From contig CAXULY010000001.1 of assembly GCA_964252075.1 (NCBI GenBank), forward strand, positions 311,787-375,786: 64,000 nt of DNA. Reading direction: 5' to 3'. The position numbers and the translations under genes are program-made. The DNA comes from an uncultured Deinococcaceae bacterium. Its GTDB lineage: Bacteria > Deinococcota > Deinococci > Deinococcales > Deinococcaceae. Shown here one piece after another: positions 52,478 through 64,000 of the stretch (positions within the stretch are counted from its first letter, which is position 1; each line of letters begins with the position of its first letter). A model generated the notes under the pieces. It was given only the letters and a program-made list of their open reading frames with translations. It did not search any database and was not told the origin of the DNA.

Positions 52478-52833
52478 CGGGCCCCGAGCGCGGCTTCATG
52501 CTGGACATCCACGTGAGTTTCCGGGAGGCCCTCGCGCCAGAGGTGGCGCGCGAGGTGCTGCGCCCCTGGAACCTGCGGGTGGAGCTGTACGGGCCGTCGG
52601 AGGTGCGCGGCGCGCGCCTGACGGGGCAGCTGGAGCGCGAGGTGCTGGGTGAGCTGCTGGGCGCGGGCCTGCTGGGCGGCCCCCTGCGCGCGGTGGAGGT
52701 GGGGCGGCGCGGCTTCCTGCGCAGCGAGGACGGGCGCCTGGAGTGGATGCCGTGGCGGCGCAACGTCGTGGCGCCGCGGGAGCAGGCGCGCAGCCTGGAA
52801 CTCGCGGACGGCGTGCGCTACGTGCTGGAGTGA
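52474..52833 (+). CDS. Hypothetical protein
   Basis: GTGA coupling to DinB gene, GC3-rich codons. Confidence 0.65.
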   Translation: MTGPERGFMLDIHVSFREALAPEVAREVLRPWNLRVELYGPSEVRGARLTGQLEREVLGELLGAGLLGGPLRAVEVGRRGFLRSEDGRLEWMPWRRNVVAPREQARSLELADGVRYVLE

Positions 52834-52891
52834 CGCGCCGCGCCGCAAAGCTGCTGGGCGCGCGCCAGGACGGACTGTACACTGCGCGGGT

Positions 52892-53641
52892 ATGCGCGCC
52901 CTGACGTGTGAGGCCTGCACCGCGGCGGGTACGCTGCCGCCCTTCAGCATGGCCTTCCAGCCCATCGTGGATGTCGGGCGCCGCGAGGTGTTCGCGTACG
53001 AGGCGCTGGTGCGCGGCCCGAACGGCGAGGGGGCCGCGTGGGTGCTGGAGCAGGTGGAGGGCGCGGCGCGCTACCGGTTCGATCAGGCGTGCCGCGTGAT
53101 GGCGCTGCGCCTCGCGGCGCGCCTGGGACTTAGGGAGCGGCTTTCCATCAATTTCATGCCGGACGCGGTGTACGAGCCGCGCGCCTGCATCCGCATGACG
53201 CTCGCCACGGCGCGCGAGGTGGGGTTCGCGCCGCAGCGCCTGATGTTCGAGGTGGTGGAGTCCGAGCGCCCGCGCGACCCGCAGCACCTGCAGCGCATCT
53301 TCACGGAGTACCGGCGGCTGGGGTTCCTGACGGCGCTCGATGACTTCGGGATGGGGCACGCCACGCCGGAACTCGCGGGGCAGCTGCGGCCCGACGTGCT
53401 GAAACTCGACCGCGAGCGGGTGGCGGGCGTTGACACCGACCCAGAGCGGCGCGCGGCCGTAGCGGAGGTCGTGGCTTTCGCGGCGCGGCTGGGGACACGG
53501 GTGGTGGGTGAGGGTGTGGAGACGCCCGGGGAGGCCCGCGCGCTGCGCGCGCTCGGCATCACGCTGATGCAGGGATACCTGTTCGCGCCGCCCGGCTTTG
53601 AGGCGCTGCCGACGGTTCTGGACGCCACATATCTCAGCTGA
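52892..53641 (+). CDS. Stand-alone EAL-domain c-di-GMP phosphodiesterase
   Basis: FQPIVD, YEALVR, SINF, DDFG, LKLD, EGVE, QGYLF. Confidence 0.92.
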   Translation: MRALTCEACTAAGTLPPFSMAFQPIVDVGRREVFAYEALVRGPNGEGAAWVLEQVEGAARYRFDQACRVMALRLAARLGLRERLSINFMPDAVYEPRACIRMTLATAREVGFAPQRLMFEVVESERPRDPQHLQRIFTEYRRLGFLTALDDFGMGHATPELAGQLRPDVLKLDRERVAGVDTDPERRAAVAEVVAFAARLGTRVVGEGVETPGEARALRALGITLMQGYLFAPPGFEALPTVLDATYLS

Positions 53642-53687
53642 GGACGCAGTGAGGTTTCTGTGAGGGACGGGCGGTTACGCTGGCCGA

Positions 53688-54797
53688 GTGCTGAACGAAC
53701 TGCTGACCATTCTCGTGCAGGCGGGCGCGTCTGACATCCACCTGCGCGTCGGGGACCCGCCGTGCTTCCGCAAGACGGGGCGCATCCAGCGGCTGGAGTC
53801 GCCGCCCATGACGCGCGCGAACATCCGCGACATGCTGACCGAGATGCTGCCGGACTCCATCACGCTCGACGACTTCGAGCGCGACATGGAGGCGGACTTC
53901 GCGTACGCCGTGGACGGCGTGGCGCGTTTCCGCGTGAACGCCTTCCTGCAGCGCGGCTCGATCGGGCTGGTCATGCGCGTCATCAAGTTCAGCATCCCGA
54001 ATTTCGATAACCTCGGCCTGCCTTCGGGCGTCATGCATCACCTCGCGGAGCAGGAGCGCGGCCTGATCCTCGTGACGGGCCCCACGGGCAGCGGCAAGAG
54101 CACCACCCTCGCGAGCCTGATTGACTTCATCAACAGCCACGACGACCTGAACATCATCACGATTGAGGACCCCATCGAGATCCTGCACCCGAACAAGCGC
54201 AGCATCATCGCGCAGCGGGAGCTCGGGGCGGACACCAAGACCTTCGCGAAGGCGCTGCGCGCCGCGATGCGTCAGGACCCGGACGTCATCCTGATCGGCG
54301 AGATGCGCGACAAGGAAACGGTGGAGGCCGCGCTGAGCGCCGCCCAGACGGGGCACCTGGTGCTCAGCACGCTGCATACGCAGGACGCGGTGCGCAGCGT
54401 GAACCGCATCATTGATTTCTTCCAGCCGCACGAGCGCGACCAGATCCGCCTGGGCCTCGCGGAGTCGCTGGTGGGGATCCTCTCGCAGCGCCTGCTGCCG
54501 CGCAAGAACGGCGGGCGCGTGGCGGGCCTGGAAATCCTGCTGGGCACGCCGCTCGTGCGCGAGCACGTGAAGGACGAGGAGAAGACGCCCCTGATCCGCG
54601 AGGCGATGGCGGAGGGCACGGCCATCGGGATGCAGACCTTCGAGCAGCACCTCGTGCAGATGGTGCGCGACGAGGTGATCCGCTACCAGGACGCCCTGCT
54701 GTCCGCGACGAGCCCCACGGACCTCAAGACGCTCCTGATGCGCGCGGGGCTCAGCGAGCGCGAACTGCTGGCGCGCGACGACCAGGCCGCCGACTGA
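53688..54797 (+). CDS. pilT: Type IV pilus retraction ATPase PilT/PilU family
   Basis: ASDIHL, GPTGSGKST, TIEDPIE, RQDPDVILIGEMRD, STLHT, GMQTF. Confidence 0.88.
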   Translation: MLNELLTILVQAGASDIHLRVGDPPCFRKTGRIQRLESPPMTRANIRDMLTEMLPDSITLDDFERDMEADFAYAVDGVARFRVNAFLQRGSIGLVMRVIKFSIPNFDNLGLPSGVMHHLAEQERGLILVTGPTGSGKSTTLASLIDFINSHDDLNIITIEDPIEILHPNKRSIIAQRELGADTKTFAKALRAAMRQDPDVILIGEMRDKETVEAALSAAQTGHLVLSTLHTQDAVRSVNRIIDFFQPHERDQIRLGLAESLVGILSQRLLPRKNGGRVAGLEILLGTPLVREHVKDEEKTPLIREAMAEGTAIGMQTFEQHLVQMVRDEVIRYQDALLSATSPTDLKTLLMRAGLSERELLARDDQAAD

Positions 54798-54808
54798 CAC
54801 GCCCGTTC

Positions 54809-54850
54809 AGGCGGCCCCAGCGCGAGCGCTGGGGCCGCCTCTTTAATTTT
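54809..54850 (+). terminator. Intrinsic terminator after pilT
   Basis: aggcggccccagcgc-ga-gcgctggggccgcct-ctttaatttt. Confidence 0.8.
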
Positions 54851-54900
54851 CTGGAGGCTGAAGCTTCAGGCTTGCTGAAGGTGGTGGGCGGCGGCGCGCC

Positions 54901-54929
54901 TTGACGCGCTGCGGCGCGCTTGTTACGGT
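54901..54929 (+). promoter_or_regulatory. Sigma70-type promoter for GH55-like gene
   Basis: TTGACG N17 TACGGT. Confidence 0.55.
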
Positions 54930-55055
54930 GTCGGTGCTTTTACAACCCACTTGGCGAGCCGCGCCCAGATGGCGCGGCGCCCGTTTCACCGACCGTGATT
55001 TTAGCGCTACAGTAATGGTTTCCCTCGCGCCATGCGCGGTTCAGAAAGGACACCC

Positions 55056-56927
55056 ATGACCCACCGAGTCCCCCTCACCTCCTTCACGCGGGCGTTGCGC
55101 GCGGGCAGCCTGCTCGGCGCCCTCACGCTCGCCCTCGCGGCCTGCGGGCAGAGCGGCGTCCCGACCGGCACCGCCAGCCCTGACCTCGCCGCCCAGACGG
55201 CCGAGCGCACGAGCGACCTCGGCCCGAACGTGCTGGTTTTCGACCCCAGCATGCCCACCGCGGACATCCAGGCGAAGGTGGACGCCATCGCGAAGGTGCA
55301 GGTGCCGAACCAGTTCGGCTCGGAGCGCTACGCCCTGCTGTTCAAGCCCGGCACCTACGGCAGCGCCGAGCACCCCCTCATCATCAACGTCGGGTACTAC
55401 ACCGAAGTTGCCGGCCTGGGCAGTTCACCGAACGATGTGGTCATCAATGGGCACGTGGACGTGTACAACCAGTGCCTGGACGGGGGCGGCACGTCGAACT
55501 GCACGGCGCTCGTGAACTTCTGGCGCTCGGCATCGAACCTGACCATCAACGTCGTGGGCGGGGACGGCTGCCGCGCCACCGCGAACTTCTGGGCGGTGTC
55601 GCAGGCGGCCCCCATGCGCCGCGTGGACGTGCGGGGCGGCACCCTGAGCTTCATGGATTACTGCACGGCAGGGCCGCAGTACGCGAGCGGCGGCTTCATG
55701 GCGGACTCCCGCGCGGGTGGAATCGTAAACGGGAGCCAGCAGCAGTTCCTCACGCGCAACAGCAGCATCGGCAATTGGTCGAACGCGGTGTGGAATCAGG
55801 TGTTCGCGGGCGTGGAGGGCGCTCCGACACAGAGCTTCCCGAACCCGCCCTATACCACGCTGGACGTGAACCCCGTCAGCCGCGAGAAGCCTTACCTCAC
55901 GCTGGACGCGCAGGGGCGCCTTGCGGTGTTCGTGCCTGACGCACGCACCAACACGCGCGGCATCACGTGGGCGTCGGGCGGCACGCCGGGCCGCAGCGTG
56001 CCCATTACGGAGTTCTTCGTGGCGCGCCCCACGGACAGCGCGAAGGACATCAATCGGGAACTCGCGCGCGGCCAGAACGTGCTCCTCACGCCCGGCGTCT
56101 ACCGCGTGGACCAGACCCTCCACATCAAGCGCCCCGGCACCGTCGTGCTGGGCCTGGGCGTCGCGACCCTCACGCCGCAGAACGGAGTGGTGCCGATGGT
56201 CGTGGAGGACCGCGCGGAAGGCACGGACATCGCGGGCGTGATGTTCGACGCGGGCCCCGTGAACTCCCCCATGCTCCTGCAGGTCGGTGACCGTCACGAG
56301 CGCGGCCACGGGCACCACAAGGGCGGCAATCAACCCACCGCGCTGCACGACGTGTTCTTCCGCATCGGCGGCGCGCAGCTCGGGAAGGCCACCACCAGCC
56401 TCGAGGTAAACGCAGACGGCGCGCTGCTGGACGACATCTGGGCGTGGCGTGCGGACCACGGCGAGGGCGTCGGCTGGACGCAGAACACCGCGGACCACGG
56501 CGTGATCGTGAACGGCGACGACGTGACCGCCACCGGCCTGTTCGTGGAGCATTACCAGAAGGAAGAGGTCGTGTGGAACGGCGAGCGAGGCCGCACCATC
56601 TTCTTCCAGAACGAGATGCCGTACGACCCGCCCAACCAGGCGGCGTGGCGGCGCAAGGGCGAGAACGGGTACCCCGCCTACGTGGTCGCGCCGAGCGTGC
56701 GCGCGCACGAGGGCTGGGGGCTCGGCAGCTACATCTACACGAACGTGGACCCCTCCATTCACGCGGCGCGCGGCTTCGCGGTGCCTGTCACGCCCGGCGT
56801 GCGCCTGCACGACCTGCTGACGGTGGAACTGGGTGCGGGCACCATTGATCACGTGGTGAACGACACGGGCGCGCCCGTGACGAGCGCTGCGGTCGGCACG
56901 CCCAGCACCGTCACCACCTACCCGTAA
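55056..56927 (+). CDS. GH55-like exo-beta-1,3-glucanase lipoprotein
   Basis: Lipobox LAAC; GPNVLVFDPSM, QFGSERYALLFKPGTY, NFWRS, WAVSQAAP, WRADHG, FFQNEMPYD as in actinobacterial GH55. Confidence 0.75.
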   Translation: MTHRVPLTSFTRALRAGSLLGALTLALAACGQSGVPTGTASPDLAAQTAERTSDLGPNVLVFDPSMPTADIQAKVDAIAKVQVPNQFGSERYALLFKPGTYGSAEHPLIINVGYYTEVAGLGSSPNDVVINGHVDVYNQCLDGGGTSNCTALVNFWRSASNLTINVVGGDGCRATANFWAVSQAAPMRRVDVRGGTLSFMDYCTAGPQYASGGFMADSRAGGIVNGSQQQFLTRNSSIGNWSNAVWNQVFAGVEGAPTQSFPNPPYTTLDVNPVSREKPYLTLDAQGRLAVFVPDARTNTRGITWASGGTPGRSVPITEFFVARPTDSAKDINRELARGQNVLLTPGVYRVDQTLHIKRPGTVVLGLGVATLTPQNGVVPMVVEDRAEGTDIAGVMFDAGPVNSPMLLQVGDRHERGHGHHKGGNQPTALHDVFFRIGGAQLGKATTSLEVNADGALLDDIWAWRADHGEGVGWTQNTADHGVIVNGDDVTATGLFVEHYQKEEVVWNGERGRTIFFQNEMPYDPPNQAAWRRKGENGYPAYVVAPSVRAHEGWGLGSYIYTNVDPSIHAARGFAVPVTPGVRLHDLLTVELGAGTIDHVVNDTGAPVTSAAVGTPSTVTTYP

Positions 56928-56933
56928 CAGCGT

Positions 56934-56970
56934 GCGGGAGGGCCAGGGGCGCGGCCCCTGGCCCTCCCGC
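56934..56970. terminator. Bidirectional hairpin between convergent genes
   Basis: gcgggagggccaggggc-gcg-gcccctggccctcccgc. Confidence 0.75.
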
Positions 56971-58625
56971 TATTCCAGGGCTTCGAGGCGGCGCGCGCCC
57001 CACGCGAGGGGCGCCCACGTGCCCAGCACCGTCACGAGCAGCCAGCCCGCGAGGCCCAGCACGCCCGCGAGGGTGGCGTAGGCGCTCAGGCCGGGGTACT
57101 GGGTGGGCAGGAGCACCGCGAGGGACGCCGCACGCGCCAGCAGCAGCAGTTGCAGCACGCTGAACAGCAGGCTGAGCCCCATGAACAGCAGGCCGCCCGG
57201 CGACAGGCCGATCTCGGCGGGGTTGTCCGCCGTGAAGCGCGGCAGGGCGGCGCCGAGGCCCACCCCGAGGGCCGTGATGACCAGCGCGCCCGACACGCTC
57301 ACGAGGACGCCCGCGAGCGTCACGGCGGCACTCAGGTGCAGGGTGCGGGACGCGGCGAGCCCCAGGCCGAGCGCCATGATGAGCGTGACGGGCAGCACGC
57401 CCAGGTACTTCGCGCGCAGCACCGACCACGCGCTGATGGGGCCCGTGCGCAGCCACCAGTACGCGCGGCCCTCCAGCGACACCGCCGGGAACGCGAGGCG
57501 CACGCCGACGCCCGCGATCACGAAGCCCTGGAAGGCCAGCTGGATGTACCCCACCACGTCCGCGAACTGCGGGGTGAGGGTCGGCACGCCGCGCAGGCTC
57601 ACGAGGTACACGCCCGCCAGCGCGACCAGCACCAGCAGCTGACTCCACTGCGTGGGGTCGCGCTGCGCGAGGCGGAAGTCCTTCAGCGCGATGAGCGCGC
57701 CCGGACCCAGCCGCAGGGCCAGCCGCTCAAGCGGGGTTGAGGGGCGCGCGGTGGGGTCGAGGCGCGGTCGGCTGGATTCCAGGCCGCGCGCCCAGCCCGC
57801 CTGGTACGCGTGCGACGCCAGCCACGTGGCGCCTGCCAGCACGAGCGCCGAGCCGGTCAGCAGAGGCAGCAGCCACACGCTGAGGTGCCCGCCTGCCGCC
57901 GCCCACACGGTCTCCGACGCCCAGGAGGACGGCAGCAGCGGAGCTTGCGGCGCACCGAAGCGGTGCAGCAGCTGATCCAGGCCGCCGGGCTCCTGCGCCT
58001 CGCGCAGCAGCACCTCGGGGCGCGCCGCGCGGATGACGAACACCAGCGCCGCGCTCATGATCACGCCGAGCGCCGTGGCGACCTCGCGCACGCGGCTGAG
58101 CGGCGCGACGCGCATCAAGGCCACCGCGAGCGCGCACCCCAGTCCGACCGGCAGGGCGTACGCGAGGAGCGCCGCGAGTGCCGCGAGCGGGTAGAACCAT
58201 CCTGGCGCGCGCGCGTTCACGCCGAGCGCCAGGAGCAGCGGCAGCGTGAGGGCGCTGGCGACCAGGGCGGTGTTCAGGAAGGTCTCGGTGACCTTCAGCG
58301 CGAACACGCGGCCCGGGCGGATGGGGAGCGCCAGCAGGAAGTTCAGGTCCTCGCTGAGGTACAGGGTCTGGATGGCGACTGTGACGGCGCTGAACGCCAC
58401 GCCCGCCGCGAGGACCGTGAGGGCCGTGTCCAGCAGGCGCCGCGCGACGGCGAGGCCCACCTCACCGAAGCCCGCGAGGAAGTGCAGGCCGCGCAGCGCG
58501 CCCCACACCTCCAGCGCGACGAGCGCCGCCCCGAGCACCGTCAGCAGCGCGGTCGCCCAGGGCGGCGAGCGCCGCACGGCGTTCATGAGGGCGCGCGCCT
58601 TCAGGGCCGTGAGGCTGGCCGTCAC
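56970..58625 (-). CDS. Putative ABC exporter permease
   Basis: Multi-TM; DLNFLLALP, KDFR..RDPTQWSQ, SLEGRAYW; coupled to ATPase. Confidence 0.8.
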   Translation of the reverse strand: MTASLTALKARALMNAVRRSPPWATALLTVLGAALVALEVWGALRGLHFLAGFGEVGLAVARRLLDTALTVLAAGVAFSAVTVAIQTLYLSEDLNFLLALPIRPGRVFALKVTETFLNTALVASALTLPLLLALGVNARAPGWFYPLAALAALLAYALPVGLGCALAVALMRVAPLSRVREVATALGVIMSAALVFVIRAARPEVLLREAQEPGGLDQLLHRFGAPQAPLLPSSWASETVWAAAGGHLSVWLLPLLTGSALVLAGATWLASHAYQAGWARGLESSRPRLDPTARPSTPLERLALRLGPGALIALKDFRLAQRDPTQWSQLLVLVALAGVYLVSLRGVPTLTPQFADVVGYIQLAFQGFVIAGVGVRLAFPAVSLEGRAYWWLRTGPISAWSVLRAKYLGVLPVTLIMALGLGLAASRTLHLSAAVTLAGVLVSVSGALVITALGVGLGAALPRFTADNPAEIGLSPGGLLFMGLSLLFSVLQLLLLARAASLAVLLPTQYPGLSAYATLAGVLGLAGWLLVTVLGTWAPLAWGARRLEALE

Positions 58626-59395
58626 GCCGTGGCTTCCAGGGCCTGCACGCGCTGGCGTTCGGCCTCCTCGTCCTCCAGCAGGCGGAAGAACACGCGCTCC
58701 AGGCTGTCGCCCTCCACGCCGCCCGCGCGGGTGCCCGTGCGGGCGCGCAGTTCATTCAGGGTGCCGAGGCCCAGCACGCGCCCGCGGTCCAGCACCAGGA
58801 TGCGGTCCGCGACGCTCTCCGCGAGCGGCAGGCTGTGCGTGGTGAGCAGCACCGTGCCGCCCCGGTCCGCGAAGTCGCGCAGCAGTTCCCGCACCTGCTT
58901 GGCGGCGCGCGGGTCGAGGCCCACCATGGGTTCGTCCACCACCAGCACGCGCGGTTCGGGCAGCAGCGCCGCAATGATGGTGAGTTTCTGGCGCATGCCG
59001 TGGCTGTACGTCTCCGTGAGTTCGTTCCCGAAGGGCGTCAGGCCGAAGAACGCCAGCCAGCGCTCGGTGTCCGCCGCACGGTCCTGGCCGTGCAGGCCCG
59101 CGATGAAGCGCAGCACCTCGCGGCCCGTAAGCTTCCCGTACAGGTACGGGCGGTCCGGGATGTACCCCAGGCTGGCCTTCGCGGCGAGCGGCGCGCGCCA
59201 CACGTCATGGCCGTTCACGCGCACCTCGCCGCCGGTGGGCCGCGTGAGGCCCACCATGGCGCGGATGGTGGTGGTCTTGCCCGCACCGTTCGGGCCGAGC
59301 AGCGCGAAGATCTCGCCGGGCCGCGCGTTGAAACTCACGTCCTGCACGGCCACGTGCCGCCCGAAGCGCTTGTGGTAGTGCTTCACCTCAATCAT
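58622..59395 (-). CDS. ABC transporter ATP-binding protein
   Basis: [27 protein letters not shown]. Confidence 0.92.
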   Translation of the reverse strand: MIEVKHYHKRFGRHVAVQDVSFNARPGEIFALLGPNGAGKTTTIRAMVGLTRPTGGEVRVNGHDVWRAPLAAKASLGYIPDRPYLYGKLTGREVLRFIAGLHGQDRAADTERWLAFFGLTPFGNELTETYSHGMRQKLTIIAALLPEPRVLVVDEPMVGLDPRAAKQVRELLRDFADRGGTVLLTTHSLPLAESVADRILVLDRGRVLGLGTLNELRARTGTRAGGVEGDSLERVFFRLLEDEEAERQRVQALEATA

Positions 59396-59468
59396 GCATC
59401 CGAGTGTAGGCGCCACGCTCTTGCACGGCCCTTACCGTCCGCGCGCCGCAGGCTCTACCATCTTCCCT

Positions 59469-60365
59469 ATGCAACGCCCCCTGAACATCCTGTCCATTCA
59501 GTCCTGGGTCGCGTACGGTCACGTCGGCAACGCGGCGGCGGTCTTTCCGCTGCAGCGCCTGGGGTTCGAGGTGTGGTCCATCAACACCGTGCAGTTCTCG
59601 AACCACACCGGGTACGGCGCGTGGCGCGGGCAGGTGTTCGCGCCCGAGGGCATCGCGGACCTCGTGGAGGGCATCGCGGAGCGCGGGGCGCTCGCGGACT
59701 GCGACGCGGTCCTCTCGGGCTACATGGGGTCGGCGGGCACCGCGCAGGCCATCCTGTCCGCCGTGGCGCGCGTGCGGGCCGTGAACGCGGCGGCGCTGTA
59801 CTGCTGCGACCCCGTGATGGGGGACGTGGGGCGCGGGGTGTTCGTTGCGGCGGACATTCCGGACGTGATGCGCGCACAGGCGGTGCCGCAGGCGGACCTC
59901 GTGACGCCCAACCAGTTCGAGCTGGAGCTCCTCACGGGCCGCGAGGTGCGCACCCTCGCGGACGCGCTCGCCGCGGCGCACGTGCTGCGCGCCTCACTGC
60001 GCGCGGGGGGGCCGCGCATCGTGCTGGTCACCAGCCTCGTGCGGACCGAACCGGAACTGGACGCCGCGCAGGAAGACGGCATCGAGACGCTGGCCGTCAC
60101 GGGGGACGGCGCGTGGCTGGTGCGCACGCCGCTCATCCCCATGGACCCGCCGCGCAACGGCACGGGCGACGCCATCGCGGCGCTGTTCTTCGGGCATTAC
60201 CTGAAGTCGCGGGACGTGGCGGGCAGCCTCAGCCGCGCGGTGAGCGCGCTGTACAACCTGCTGGACCTCACGCAGCAGATGGGCACCCGCGAGATCCAGC
60301 TGGTGGCCGCGCAGGACGAGTTCGCGCAGCCCAGCCGCATGTTCGGCGCCGTGCAGGTCGAGTAG
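59469..60365 (+). CDS. pdxY: Pyridoxal kinase
   Basis: [41 protein letters not shown]. Confidence 0.92.
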   Translation: MQRPLNILSIQSWVAYGHVGNAAAVFPLQRLGFEVWSINTVQFSNHTGYGAWRGQVFAPEGIADLVEGIAERGALADCDAVLSGYMGSAGTAQAILSAVARVRAVNAAALYCCDPVMGDVGRGVFVAADIPDVMRAQAVPQADLVTPNQFELELLTGREVRTLADALAAAHVLRASLRAGGPRIVLVTSLVRTEPELDAAQEDGIETLAVTGDGAWLVRTPLIPMDPPRNGTGDAIAALFFGHYLKSRDVAGSLSRAVSALYNLLDLTQQMGTREIQLVAAQDEFAQPSRMFGAVQVE

Positions 60366-60388
60366 GGCGCGGGCGCCCCGCGCCGCCG

Positions 60389-60538
60389 TCAGCCATCCTC
60401 GTCGTCCGGCTCCGGTTCCGGGCGCAGTTCGGCGTGCAGGCGCTCGCGTTCCTCGCTGGGCGTGGGGTTGTCGCGCGTCTCGGAGATCACCACTTCGGCC
60501 TCGTGCGGCTCGGGCGGTTCAGGCTGACGGTCGGTCAT
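60389..60538 (-). CDS. 49-aa acidic, Pro/Glu-rich small protein
   Basis: MTDRQPEPPEPHEAEVVISETRDNPTPSEERERLHAELRPEPEPDDEDG; AAGGAAG RBS; GC3-rich codons. Confidence 0.65.
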   Translation of the reverse strand: MTDRQPEPPEPHEAEVVISETRDNPTPSEERERLHAELRPEPEPDDEDG

Positions 60539-60559
60539 GGTTCTTCCTTTCGCGGGCGG

Positions 60560-61084
60560 TCAGCCGCGCGCCAGCAGTGCGGGGCGCGGCACGTCGGGCC
60601 ACTCCAGCGTCACGCCGGACTCCGCGAGCCACGCGTTCACGTCGTAGTGGTGCCGGGCGAGGCCGTTCAGGACGCGGTGCAGGGACTCCACCGCCTGCAG
60701 CGCCTCCCCCTGCTCAATCAGTCCCGCGTGCACCGACGCGACGAGTTCGTCGGTGTCCACAATCTCGGCGCGCAGGCCGCCCCACACCAGCACGTCGAGG
60801 TAATGGTCGCGCAGCTCCCACACCGCGCCAGAGCGCGTGATGCGCGCGATGTCGATGTAGTAATCGAAGGGCCGCCCCGCATGCAGGGTGTAGCGGCACA
60901 CCTGCACGCCGAGGGCGGGCAGCAGGTGCGCCTGCCAGTACGCGATGCGCGGGTGCTGGGTGAAAGGGCGGGCGACGAAGAGGCCGTGCGGGTGTTCCTG
61001 ATAGACGTCCACGGGCCGGTCGCCCGTGTTGGTGTGATGCATCCGCGCCGCCGTGTCGTGCCGTTCCACCTTGACCGCATGCAT
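60560..61084 (-). CDS. DUF402-family protein
   Basis: YYIDIA, DHYLDV, VDTDEL. Confidence 0.8.
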   Translation of the reverse strand: MHAVKVERHDTAARMHHTNTGDRPVDVYQEHPHGLFVARPFTQHPRIAYWQAHLLPALGVQVCRYTLHAGRPFDYYIDIARITRSGAVWELRDHYLDVLVWGGLRAEIVDTDELVASVHAGLIEQGEALQAVESLHRVLNGLARHHYDVNAWLAESGVTLEWPDVPRPALLARG

Positions 61085-61160
61085 GGTTCAGCGTACAGGC
61101 TGCCGCCGCCGGGGAGGGTGAGCTCCGATGAGATTCGCGTGGTGATGCGGCGCGGCCCGC

Positions 61161-63692
<2,532 letters not shown>

Positions 63693-63754
63693 AACGAGCC
63701 AGTGTAGCGGGCAGGCGCGGGGTCGGGCGTGCTGTGCGTCACATCATGGGACGG

Positions 63755-64000
63755 TCACCCGGCGTCCAGCGCCCGCTTGAGCGCGGGCACGCCGCCTGGG
63801 TAGTGCGTGGCGCGCACGCCGTCCGCCTGCAGGTACCGCGCGGCGAGCGGCGAGCGGACGCCGCGCTCGCACACCACCACGACCTCGCCCGTCAGGTTGT
63901 GCTGGCCGTTCTCGATGGCGTCCAGACTGAGGGGTGTGACCGGGTTGGGGAGCAGTTTCTCCAGCGGTTCGCGGAAGCGCAGTTCGGCGGCGCGCAGGTC
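63755..64000 (-). CDS. Rhodanese-like protein (5' truncated)
   Basis: DLR..., VVVCERGVRS, YPGG; stop at 63755. Confidence 0.8.
   Translation of the reverse strand, partial: DLRAAELRFREPLEKLLPNPVTPLSLDAIENGQHNLTGEVVVVCERGVRSPLAARYLQADGVRATHYPGGVPALKRALDAG

Overview
Ordinary-looking, GC-rich (about 70%+) chromosomal window from a Deinococcus-like bacterium. The assignment rests on leaderless TAnnnT-N6/7-ATG gene starts, spoVS, a HAIR-like site at hsp20 and a ComZ-like pilin. It holds about 65 genes, mostly housekeeping or metabolic: truD (partial), a sugar ABC operon, pheA, an amidase, tRNA-Val(TAC), an Rrf2 regulator, pyrD, pyrR-pyrB-pyrC with a PyrR attenuator, hsp20, an orphan ParA, ligA, nucleoside ABC parts, deoD, rsmB, gltB, aroA, purU, an EAL protein, pilT, a GH55-like lipoprotein, pdxY and a U32/RlhA-like gene. 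The most unusual part is a transcriptionally insulated four-gene minor-pilin cassette (about 40.3-45.1 kb). It sits between the two normally linked polyamine genes (carboxy(nor)spermidine dehydrogenase and nspC). It is headed by an unlisted 40-aa membrane micro-ORF, and its large ComZ/PilX-like gene carries an internal ~1 kb block of only ~42-45% GC. No CRISPR array, integrase or transposase was seen. All family calls come from motif recognition by eye, not database searches.
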